From an uncultured Treponema sp. (GTDB taxonomy: Bacteria > Spirochaetota > Spirochaetia > Treponematales > Treponemataceae), in NCBI GenBank assembly GCA_905373565.1, contig CAJPTT010000001.1, positions 1-33,945 of the forward strand: a stretch of DNA of 33,945 bases. Direction: 5' to 3'. Within the stretch, counting starts at the first letter, position 1. The number at the start of each line of letters is the position of its first letter. Shown here in pieces: positions 1 through 7,274 of the stretch. A model generated the notes under the pieces. The model was not told the origin of the DNA, ran no database searches, and saw only the letters and a list, made by a program, of their open reading frames with translations. Made by a program: the position numbers and the translations under genes.

Positions 1-7
1 AAAAAAG

Positions 8-1477
8 TTATGAATATGGATTCCAACTTGAACCGCGTGCCGTCTGCTTAAAACTGTAGGTACTGTTTTGTTTTTTAAGTGAGCGCAGCGGGTGTTTTAC
101 AAAATCACTCATTAAAAAATATCTGCTTTCATCGTATATGTGATCTTCCATCGTGCTGTCTACATCTTCAGGGCGGGTAGGACTGGGCATTAAAAGCGGT
201 ATGGTGCGTATAAAATCGGTGCAGGTGTTAAATACCATAAGCATAGGACGGCCGTCTTCGCCTGTATTTATCAGCATATCGTGCATTATCTGCAAGCCGT
301 TTAGCCTGTCATTGTTTCCTTTAATCATTTTCCAGCCGACGCTTTCAAACTTTTCGGCTATGCTTGCATCATCTTTGTCTATTTTCCCCCAAACGGCAGG
401 GTCTGCTATCATCGTATCTACTCCGTCGGGTATAGACAATTCAAGCGCTCTTTTTGCAACCGATAATGCAGACTCTTTTACTCCCGTGTTCGGCTCATCT
501 TTTTTGCAACCGTACAGCTCACGGTACCGGATAGCACGGCCGTCTTTATTCACGGCCCACCAGCCGATACTGTACGGCTTACTGTACCCCCAGTCCATAC
601 TGCATACTTTTACCCAGTCGCAACTGTGCAGCACAAACGGCTTTATAACGTGCTTGCTGCGGTCAAACTCGTCAAATACGCAGCCGTCTGCAATATCCCA
701 GTTACCATAACGCAGCGCAAGGTATAAGCTGCTGTTCAGTAGCCGCAATCGTTTTTCATACTCAGGGTCGTTTTGGGTAAGGATAGCATTGTCGTCAAGG
801 GTGCTTGGTATGTAACAGCGGCTTACCGTCAAGCCATCGCCCACATCCACGTGTTTTATCTGATACGGAATAATCCCGTCAATAAAACGTTGTTTTACCC
901 AGCCGTGTCCGCGTCCGCCCGGGTTTCCCGCAGCTCGAATTCTGCAGGGTGCCCCGTACGGCGAGCGGCAGCGGCTTATCATGTACGTATAGGGAAACGG
1001 CGTCGGATTGTTCGTCAACTCATCAAAGGCAATCCACGTATATTGATGCCCCTGATAACGCGTTACATCGGTATCGCTTTCAAGGTAACGGAATTTTATG
1101 CTTGCCCCTCCGGGAAAAACAAATGACGGCCGGCCGTTACCGATGCCGCGCGCAACAGCCCCCAGCGGTATATAAAGCTCCGTCGCCCGCAAAAGCACTT
1201 CTTCAAGCTCTCCGACGGTTCGCCTGAAAAAGATACCCCGATGGTGTGCACCGTATTCATTCACTCCTTGCAAAAAATCGGCAAGTAAAAAATCGCTTTT
1301 GCCGCCGCCTGCGGCCCCGCCGTAAAAAAGCTCAAAGGCAGGGCAGGCAAGGGCGAGCGCCTGCTTCTTTTGCGGCTTCCAGATAACTCGCTCCGGCTGT
1401 AATCCGTGATATTTTTCTAAAAATGCTTTTGAAAAAACATACGGCTGTGCATTCTCACGTTCATTTTCATCAGGCAC
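8..1477 (-). CDS. terL: Phage terminase large subunit
   Basis: Walker A LFYGGAAGGGKSD, Walker B IAFDELT, AGNPGG coupling motif, nuclease motifs SMDWGY and EDHIYDESRY. Directly follows terS. Confidence 0.96.
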   Translation of the reverse strand: MPDENERENAQPYVFSKAFLEKYHGLQPERVIWKPQKKQALALACPAFELFYGGAAGGGKSDFLLADFLQGVNEYGAHHRGIFFRRTVGELEEVLLRATELYIPLGAVARGIGNGRPSFVFPGGASIKFRYLESDTDVTRYQGHQYTWIAFDELTNNPTPFPYTYMISRCRSPYGAPCRIRAAGNPGGRGHGWVKQRFIDGIIPYQIKHVDVGDGLTVSRCYIPSTLDDNAILTQNDPEYEKRLRLLNSSLYLALRYGNWDIADGCVFDEFDRSKHVIKPFVLHSCDWVKVCSMDWGYSKPYSIGWWAVNKDGRAIRYRELYGCKKDEPNTGVKESALSVAKRALELSIPDGVDTMIADPAVWGKIDKDDASIAEKFESVGWKMIKGNNDRLNGLQIMHDMLINTGEDGRPMLMVFNTCTDFIRTIPLLMPSPTRPEDVDSTMEDHIYDESRYFLMSDFVKHPLRSLKKQNSTYSFKQTARGSSWNPYS

Positions 1478-1479
1478 TT

Positions 1480-2136
1480 TTATTCATCCTTGTTACTGGC
1501 AATCGTATTGTCAAATTGAGCTGCCATTTTCTTAAAGTCCTCTTCTGCAACTTGTCCTTGCAGTACAAAAATCGGGGAACGGGAACCGTTCGGGTCAACG
1601 TCCCGCACCAGTTTAAGGTATTGTGCCAACGGCTTCATAAACTTCTCACGATTTACCAGCACTACCTCGTAATAGACTTTCCCTTGCGCGTTTATGCGCT
1701 CAAAGATATTTTGTATGCACTTTGCCTTATCTCCCAAATCTGCAAGGTTTTTGGTTTTCAATCGGCCGCGTGCGTCGATAATGTCGGCAGGATTATACGT
1801 TGCTAAAAGCGCCATGTCGTGCAACACCCGGTATACATTTTCCTCGTCTACATCCGTTTGCGTTATCTTAAACAGTTTTTTAATCGCTGCTTTTACCTTA
1901 GTCTTTCTTAGCAGTTTGTGGGCATTCACGGCAGCCGTATTATCATCAACTTCTTTTACGCTATTATCATCATTTTTTTTGCGATAAGCGGCCTTGTAGG
2001 CCCTCGTGCCGCACATAAAACAGCGCTCATCGGTGCAATAATGCAGCACAAACAGCCGTATGCGGCCGCTTAACCCCTCATCCCATACCGTATCCGCATT
2101 ATTTTGCGCATTTTCCGCCGTCTCAACCTGTGTCAT
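1480..2136 (-). CDS. terS: Phage terminase small subunit
   Basis: N-terminal RLFVLHY...GTRAYKAAY...AAVNAHKLLRKTKVKAAI is a typical TerS HTH pattern. Ends 2 bp upstream of terL. Confidence 0.88.
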   Translation of the reverse strand: MTQVETAENAQNNADTVWDEGLSGRIRLFVLHYCTDERCFMCGTRAYKAAYRKKNDDNSVKEVDDNTAAVNAHKLLRKTKVKAAIKKLFKITQTDVDEENVYRVLHDMALLATYNPADIIDARGRLKTKNLADLGDKAKCIQNIFERINAQGKVYYEVVLVNREKFMKPLAQYLKLVRDVDPNGSRSPIFVLQGQVAEEDFKKMAAQFDNTIASNKDE

Positions 2137-3460
2137 CCGCTCCTACCTGTTGTTTTTTCGCCTTTTGCGCCGCAAGAAGCTGCTGAATGTAGTCGGGCGC
2201 ATCGGGGTTTACGTTGTATTGCTTACATTGTGCAGCCAAAAAGTCGCTATAACTATAGACTTGCTTGCCTTTAGCGGATTCGGCGACCATTTTATCATAA
2301 TGACGCTGCCACGATACGCCTTTCGGCTGCAAAATGCGCCCGACTTCACCCAAAACGATCGAAAAAACGCCGTTTTTAAGCAGATTTGACGGCAAAATAG
2401 GCATGTCTTTGTAATATTGGTGCTGCTCTGTTAATTTTTTGAAGCACCTGCAAAAGTTAATCGCTATAATTTCGCCCGTATTTGCCTTATCGGATAAGGC
2501 AACCATGCGATGAGTAAGCTCGACAAGTGATTTTATCTGCTCATCCTTGTTTTGATAGCCCATAGGGTTATATTTATCAAAAAAATCTTGCAAAACTTGC
2601 AAAGTATCAAGATATTCCTGCCCGCTAACGCCTTTACACGGTTCGGCCGCTCTATCTTTCATTCCTTCACGACGGTTCTCGGTCTTTGTGTCTTTCTCGG
2701 AAGTATCAGGGAGTATGTTTTCCGTCACCTCTTTTTTCTCACGGTTCTCTTGATTTTCTCCGGCCTCTATCCGGTTCTCTTTTTCCCTCTCTCTCTTTTC
2801 ATCCGGTGTAAGCGCTTGCGCGATGGCGCAGGGCGCGCTATGCGCGCACAAGGCATCGTGCGCAAGGCGCGCCGCTTCTTGTGTGTGTGTCTCTTTTTTC
2901 TCTTTCTCTTCTTTCTGCGCTCTCTTATCTATCTTCTCTCTTATCTCTCTATGTGTAGCGACACTTTCGCGCTTTTTGTCGCTACATGGCATATGTAGCG
3001 ACATTTTTTCCGATTTTGTCGCTACATCTTGAGCGTTTTTTGGGCTCGCATCGCTTGCGTTGCCGCTTGTTTTTTCTTTTTGTCTTAATTGCGCCTCGAC
3101 GGCCGCGCGCCTCTGCTCTGCCGTAAGAGGTGCCCTGATTGTTCGGTCGCGATTCGGCGTATCCCATTCGACAAACATAAATATGCGCTCAGTTATCTTA
3201 TCCATAATGCCGCGAGAAGCAAATAAATTGGCTATGACAAAAACATCATCGGGATTGTCGATATCCATAGCGTCTGCAAATACAAGGCCGTCTTCAATAT
3301 CGATTACGCCATAGTCATCAGCAAGACAATAGGCGGTCGTAAAAAAGAGCAGGGCGCCATGCCGTAAATGCGGCGCAAGCTGTTTTTGGATAAACCTTAT
3401 TTTAACATTCGAGATTGCGTCGCGCGGAAACTTGCGCCAGGGTAAATCTTCTACTCCCAT
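2123..3460 (-). CDS. Replication initiator (replisome-organizer / lambda O-like)
   Basis: N-terminal WRKFPRDAISNVKIRFI...AYCLADDYGVI resembles phage replisome-organizer N-domains. The low-complexity central linker carries iteron-like repeats. Confidence 0.72.
   Translation of the reverse strand: MGVEDLPWRKFPRDAISNVKIRFIQKQLAPHLRHGALLFFTTAYCLADDYGVIDIEDGLVFADAMDIDNPDDVFVIANLFASRGIMDKITERIFMFVEWDTPNRDRTIRAPLTAEQRRAAVEAQLRQKEKTSGNASDASPKNAQDVATKSEKMSLHMPCSDKKRESVATHREIREKIDKRAQKEEKEKKETHTQEAARLAHDALCAHSAPCAIAQALTPDEKREREKENRIEAGENQENREKKEVTENILPDTSEKDTKTENRREGMKDRAAEPCKGVSGQEYLDTLQVLQDFFDKYNPMGYQNKDEQIKSLVELTHRMVALSDKANTGEIIAINFCRCFKKLTEQHQYYKDMPILPSNLLKNGVFSIVLGEVGRILQPKGVSWQRHYDKMVAESAKGKQVYSYSDFLAAQCKQYNVNPDAPDYIQQLLAAQKAKKQQVGADDTG
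2954..3026. repeat. Iteron array, putative origin of replication
   Basis: TGTAGCGACA at 2954-2963 and 2994-3003; its reverse complement TGTCGCTACA at 2977-2986 and 3017-3026. These form two 10-N13-10 palindromic units with a 40-bp period, next to a pyrimidine-skewed tract at about 2890-2950. Confidence 0.8.
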
Positions 3461-3475
3461 GTGTTCTTCCTTTTT

Positions 3476-4714
3476 TTAAAGTTTTAATAAGGCATACATA
3501 CCGCGCTCGGGCGAGTATACCGGATATTTTAAGCTCAATGTTGTTACCACCTGATATGCGCCTTTTTTATCAAGGCCCGTTTCCCGCCTTATTTGCTCGA
3601 AACTTACGGGGCTTTTTTTAAGCAGCTCATATAAGTGTTCGTAGTCAACATATTTTCGTTTTCTTTCTATATAATAATAGTCAAATAGCTGTATGCGCTC
3701 GCCGATCCAGCGCATTACAGGGACTGCCATACTGTTGCCTATAGCCTTGTAACGCGGTCCATCCGGGCATTGTTCAGGCTGCTTTCCGCGCCAACTGATT
3801 CGCGTCCAATTATCCGGAAAGCCTTGCAAGCGCTCGCACTCAAGCGGTGTCAAACGTCGCACACGGCTTTTTTGTACTGTAAGATTTTCCGATCCATATC
3901 CGTTATCACCGCCGCTTGAACGCAGTGTACCGCAGCCCTCACTATAACCGCCAAAAGAAGACGCACTGAAAACGGCGTTTGTTCGGCTATTTGTATCAAG
4001 CGTGCCGGCAATGTTTTTACGTGTAACAGGGTTCTGTCTACCATTAACAACATACACACCAATTGCGTATCGCCCGCTTGCTATTCCGTCCATATCTAGA
4101 CCTCTTGTTCCAAAGCCGCTCGTAAGCGTTCCGGCAGCTTCTTCCGCCGCCGTTTTGCCCGGCGCAATATACCTTTGCATGCCGACGCTGTCAAATAATA
4201 CCGCTGCGGCACATCGCCAGTTTCCAAGACAGCCGACAACGTAGACTCTTCGGCGCCGTTGGGGCACGCCGAAGTATTGAGCGTCAAGAACTCGGTAGGC
4301 GAACCCATACCCGCACTGCGCCAATAACGCAAGGAAGGTTCCAAAATCCCGTCCGCCGTTTGATGACAGAACTCCGGGTACGTTTTCCCAGACGATCCAG
4401 CGCGGCTTATAATAAGACGCAAGAGCGCAGTACGCGAGCATGAGACTTCCTCTGCTGTCATTAAGACCTTGCCGAAGTCCTGCGACACTAAAAGACTGGC
4501 AAGGTGTGCCGCCGACCAAAACTCTAAATTGTCCGACATTCTCCCACTCCCGAAACCTTATCATATCGCCGTAGTTTTTCACGCCTGGAAAACGTTGTTC
4601 AAGCACTGCGCAGGGGAACTTTTCTATCTCCGAAAATCCGACCGCTTGCCACCCCAAAGGCCCCCAAGCGACAGATGCGGCTTCAATACCCGAGCAAACC
4701 GATAAGTAGGTCAT
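3476..4714 (-). CDS. DNA (cytosine-5)-methyltransferase with C-terminal HTH-like extension
   Basis: Motif I SVCSGIEA, IV GGTPCQSFS, VI WENVPG, VIII PQRRRRVY, IX RRLTPLECERLQGFP, X IGNSMAVPV. Confidence 0.95.
   Translation of the reverse strand: MTYLSVCSGIEAASVAWGPLGWQAVGFSEIEKFPCAVLEQRFPGVKNYGDMIRFREWENVGQFRVLVGGTPCQSFSVAGLRQGLNDSRGSLMLAYCALASYYKPRWIVWENVPGVLSSNGGRDFGTFLALLAQCGYGFAYRVLDAQYFGVPQRRRRVYVVGCLGNWRCAAAVLFDSVGMQRYIAPGKTAAEEAAGTLTSGFGTRGLDMDGIASGRYAIGVYVVNGRQNPVTRKNIAGTLDTNSRTNAVFSASSFGGYSEGCGTLRSSGGDNGYGSENLTVQKSRVRRLTPLECERLQGFPDNWTRISWRGKQPEQCPDGPRYKAIGNSMAVPVMRWIGERIQLFDYYYIERKRKYVDYEHLYELLKKSPVSFEQIRRETGLDKKGAYQVVTTLSLKYPVYSPERGMYALLKL
4096..4539 (-). CDS. Nested alternative-frame ORF resembling the N-terminal part of M.EcoHK31I polypeptide beta
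   Basis: 147-aa ORF fully inside the methyltransferase gene. ATG at 4539 with GGAG 7 nt upstream. The motif EESTLSAVLETG...YYLTASACKGILRRAKRRRKKLPERLRAALE was recognised from memory. Confidence 0.7.
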   Translation of the reverse strand: MSDNLEFWSAAHLASLLVSQDFGKVLMTAEEVSCSRTALLRLIISRAGSSGKTYPEFCHQTADGILEPSLRYWRSAGMGSPTEFLTLNTSACPNGAEESTLSAVLETGDVPQRYYLTASACKGILRRAKRRRKKLPERLRAALEQEV

Positions 4715-5157
4715 TCTTCTACCAATTCACCGCAGGGGCTTCCATCGTCGGCAAAAACAAAGCCGTCAAACAAAGCGTCGACGCCAAAAGTATCTTGCCA
4801 TGTTTCTACTGTGGCCTCGTCGTACGCCACAATCGCATAACACCTATTGCTTATCGTGTCTTTTACCCACCCGCCGTGTGCTCGGATTGCGTCCATCGCT
4901 TCCTTTATACTTTCAAAGGGTTCGTACTTCGGCGGCTCGATAACATAAGCAAGTGCAAAATTCCCACCGTAATCATCGCGAAAACGGCAAACATAATCAC
5001 AATCAAGAGATTGTGTAAACCTTCCTGTTCGTTCGCTTTCATCATTTTCAATCGCACGCATAAGGTCGGCTAAATTATTTGCAAAAACGCATTTACTGCC
5101 AATCTTTAATTCATCCGCGTTAAGCGCGGTGTACACACGTGATTTGTCAAATTTCAT
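4711..5157 (-). CDS. Hypothetical protein (MKFDKS paralog 1)
   Basis: AGGAG RBS; ATGA overlap with the methyltransferase start; clear paralog of 6221..6676. Confidence 0.88.
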   Translation of the reverse strand: MKFDKSRVYTALNADELKIGSKCVFANNLADLMRAIENDESERTGRFTQSLDCDYVCRFRDDYGGNFALAYVIEPPKYEPFESIKEAMDAIRAHGGWVKDTISNRCYAIVAYDEATVETWQDTFGVDALFDGFVFADDGSPCGELVEE

Positions 5158-5186
5158 TTATGAATCTCCTTAAAGTCCGCCTTTAT
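5080..5186. repeat. Direct repeat copy A (pairs with 6599..6705)
   Basis: 5080-5159 versus 6599-6678 is 76/80 identical. AAAGTCCG(C/T)CTTTAT also occurs at 5172-5186 and 6691-6705, at the same 1519-bp offset. Confidence 0.92.
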
Positions 5187-5443
5187 TCGTCTTCGTTGTC
5201 ATTCTTATAGTTTTTAATGCAGCGCAAAAGATCGGATAATGAAAGGTGCACGTATATATCTTTTTCTTCGATATACAATTCAATAACATCGCCACGGCGG
5301 GCGACAACTTTATAAGGAAGAAATTTGCTCGTCCCTATATCGTTCTTAAACTTCACCATAAAACAGGGTGCCGATGAACGGAGTTCTTGCTCCGGAAGAT
5401 CGTAACACACAGGGTGTTTCAAACTTTCTTTTTTAGTTTTCAT
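5183..5443 (-). CDS. Hypothetical protein
   Basis: 86 aa, AAGGAG RBS, tightly packed in the minus-strand operon. Confidence 0.75.
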   Translation of the reverse strand: MKTKKESLKHPVCYDLPEQELRSSAPCFMVKFKNDIGTSKFLPYKVVARRGDVIELYIEEKDIYVHLSLSDLLRCIKNYKNDNEDE

Positions 5444-5768
5444 GAGTAAGCTCCTTTCTGTTATTTTTTTTCGCGCTACTTCGGTATTGCCGTTTTATCC
5501 GGTTGAATACGTTTTCCGCGGATAAATATCCCAACACCGTATCACCGCTATCTTCCATTTCTCCTTGTGTCATAAGCCCTTGTATTTCTAGAAGATCTTG
5601 GTCTCTGCCGTAGCTTCCGTCGTGTTCAATCACCGAGCATATAACGGCGCCTTCGGCAGGATAAATAAGATGAAAGCCACCAAGCATCATCATAAAACGG
5701 AACGGTATGGCATCTTCTTCAAGCATTTTTTTCAGTCGAAAAATCTCGTTGTATTTTCTCCGTATCAT
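5433..5768 (-). CDS. Hypothetical phage protein
   Basis: Start reassigned to ATG 5768 (MIRRKYNEIF), which has AAGGAG upstream. Contains SVIEHDGSYG...LLEIQGL. Confidence 0.78.
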   Translation of the reverse strand: MIRRKYNEIFRLKKMLEEDAIPFRFMMMLGGFHLIYPAEGAVICSVIEHDGSYGRDQDLLEIQGLMTQGEMEDSGDTVLGYLSAENVFNRIKRQYRSSAKKNNRKELTHEN

Positions 5769-5773
5769 AGATC

Positions 5774-5952
5774 TCAGCTCCTTTCGTCCTCTTTCTTTAT
5801 GTGATGTGCAAAATGCGGACACTGTAACGGCACGGGGTGCGTTTCTCCATATATTTCACAGTCCCGGTCTTCTCGGTTCCACGTCGGGCACACGTCGCGG
5901 CATTTGTATTTTTTGTGCGCATTTCTTTTTCCGTATATATGTAGTTGCTCAT
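5774..5952 (-). pseudogene. Small Cys-rich protein interrupted by a -1 frameshift (or programmed shift)
   Basis: ATG 5952 overlaps the upstream stop (ATGA). The zero frame stops at 5797 (51 aa). The -1 frame after the A6 run (5909-5914) reads KYKCRDVCPTWNREDRDCEIYGETHPVPLQCPHFAHHIKKEDERS and stops at 5774. Confidence 0.55.
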
Positions 5953-6224
5953 GTTTTCACCTCGCCTGCACAAAAGCCGGCTTTTTGTGTTTTAATAAGC
6001 GGTGCAAAATTACTGTTTGCGATGATTTCTTCATACGCATAACACTTTGCTTCAAGCACACTCTTTTCTTTTATCAGATTTTGTACGTACACATCTTCTT
6101 CTATAGCCCAGTCCATGATTGTTCCTTTTATGTCGTCCATATTTTTTTGACGAAAATAACGAAACGGACTGTCTTTGTCATCTCTATCCGCAAACAGTTT
6201 TTCAAACAGATTTTGTAAATTCAT
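5949..6224 (-). CDS. Hypothetical protein
   Basis: 91 aa, ATGA overlaps on both sides. Confidence 0.78.
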   Translation of the reverse strand: MNLQNLFEKLFADRDDKDSPFRYFRQKNMDDIKGTIMDWAIEEDVYVQNLIKEKSVLEAKCYAYEEIIANSNFAPLIKTQKAGFCAGEVKT

Positions 6225-6676
6225 TTATCCACCAATTTCCCGCACGGCGTACCATCATCGGCAAAAATAAAAAAATCGAACAACTCTTTCGTGTTATACC
6301 AGCCATCACCTGTGCGTATTATTTTCCGGTCTGTTGCAAATACAATAAATTGCATTCCGCTGTCTCTCTGTATTATCCAATCACCATGTTTTTTAATCGC
6401 TTTCATCGCCTCTTCGACGCTTTCAAACGGGCGATATTTGTTCTCTTTCAGTAGATCAATAAGATAGGCGTATATATACGCGCAATCAAAGGACCTAAAC
6501 CGCGCAACGCTATCATCACCGTACAGACCGGTTAACTCTTCCACGCCGCCGTCAACGCCCTCGCTTTGCACTTTTATCCGCAGGTCTTGTATCGTGTCTG
6601 CAAAAAAGCATTTACTGCCAACCTTTAATTCATCCGCATTAAGCGCGGTGTACACACATGATTTGTCAAATTTCAT
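6221..6676 (-). CDS. Hypothetical protein (MKFDKS paralog 2)
   Basis: GAGGGG RBS. Shares MKFDKSxVYTALNADELK, PFES..EAM.AI..HG.W and FADDG.PCG.LV with 4711..5157. Confidence 0.88.
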   Translation of the reverse strand: MKFDKSCVYTALNADELKVGSKCFFADTIQDLRIKVQSEGVDGGVEELTGLYGDDSVARFRSFDCAYIYAYLIDLLKENKYRPFESVEEAMKAIKKHGDWIIQRDSGMQFIVFATDRKIIRTGDGWYNTKELFDFFIFADDGTPCGKLVDK

Positions 6677-6705
6677 TTTGTTTACCCCTCAAAGTCCGTC
6701 TTTAT
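6599..6705. repeat. Direct repeat copy B (pairs with 5080..5186)
   Basis: See copy A; offset 1519 bp. Confidence 0.92.
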
Positions 6706-6931
6706 CATCTATTTTCACAATCATCCCGCCGAATACTTTTTTTAACAGGTGTATGCCTCGGTCTATTTTTACGCCGGCAAGGCGCAGCATATTAACTTCG
6801 TACGGACTGTACTTTGTCCCGTCATCGGCTGTTATCTCAAGGATGCTTCCGTCCGTAGGCGATAGTTGGTTTACCGTTATATACTGGTTAAGCGCATCGC
6901 TTCTTATTTTATACGTGCGGTACACGGCCAT
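6689..6931 (-). CDS. Hypothetical protein
   Basis: 80 aa, overlaps the upstream gene, operon packing. Confidence 0.75.
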   Translation of the reverse strand: MAVYRTYKIRSDALNQYITVNQLSPTDGSILEITADDGTKYSPYEVNMLRLAGVKIDRGIHLLKKVFGGMIVKIDDKDGL

Positions 6932-7271
6932 TTAAACCTGCCTCTTTTATCCATTCATCGACTGTTTTTACCTCGATCTCCGCTTCAAAGGCGATGTGCA
7001 GTTCGAGGTCGCTCCCGCGTGAAGGGTAATTATCATTTATATATGCAAGATACCTTTTGCGGCTTAATACCCGTAAACACTTACGCATGCATTTATTCCA
7101 GTCCGTTTCCTTGCCGCAAAAAAGGACGGGGTTTGATACTTTGTATCCTGCTTTGCTCAAAGCCTTATGGGCTTTCATAAACTTTTCCCTATAGTTCGGG
7201 TCGCGGCTGATGGCACCGCACAAATACAAATCCTTCTTTTCCCCGAACAACCGCTTAAAAACGTGTTTCAT
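6909..7271 (-). CDS. DUF4406-like / nucleoside 2-deoxyribosyltransferase-like protein
   Basis: Pattern LYLCGAIS...NYREKF...L...GY.V.NP...W..CMR.CL..L...SRGSDLEL.IA. Confidence 0.78.
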   Translation of the reverse strand: MKHVFKRLFGEKKDLYLCGAISRDPNYREKFMKAHKALSKAGYKVSNPVLFCGKETDWNKCMRKCLRVLSRKRYLAYINDNYPSRGSDLELHIAFEAEIEVKTVDEWIKEAGLNGRVPHV

Positions 7272-7274
7272 TTT

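Noticed and set aside
2670..2782. Three CGGTTCTC copies in the initiator gene
   Set aside because: Irregular spacing, and explained by repeated ENR codons in a low-complexity linker.
2954..3026. CRISPR-like repeat-spacer array
   Set aside because: Units are 10 bp, alternate in orientation, have 7-13 bp spacers and lie inside a coding gene. This fits iterons better.
4711..6705. DGR template/variable repeat pair (suggested by BPP-1 relatedness)
   Set aside because: The four mismatches on the coding strand are C/T, C/T, A/G and G/T, so they are not adenine-specific. No reverse transcriptase or Avd-like ORF is present.
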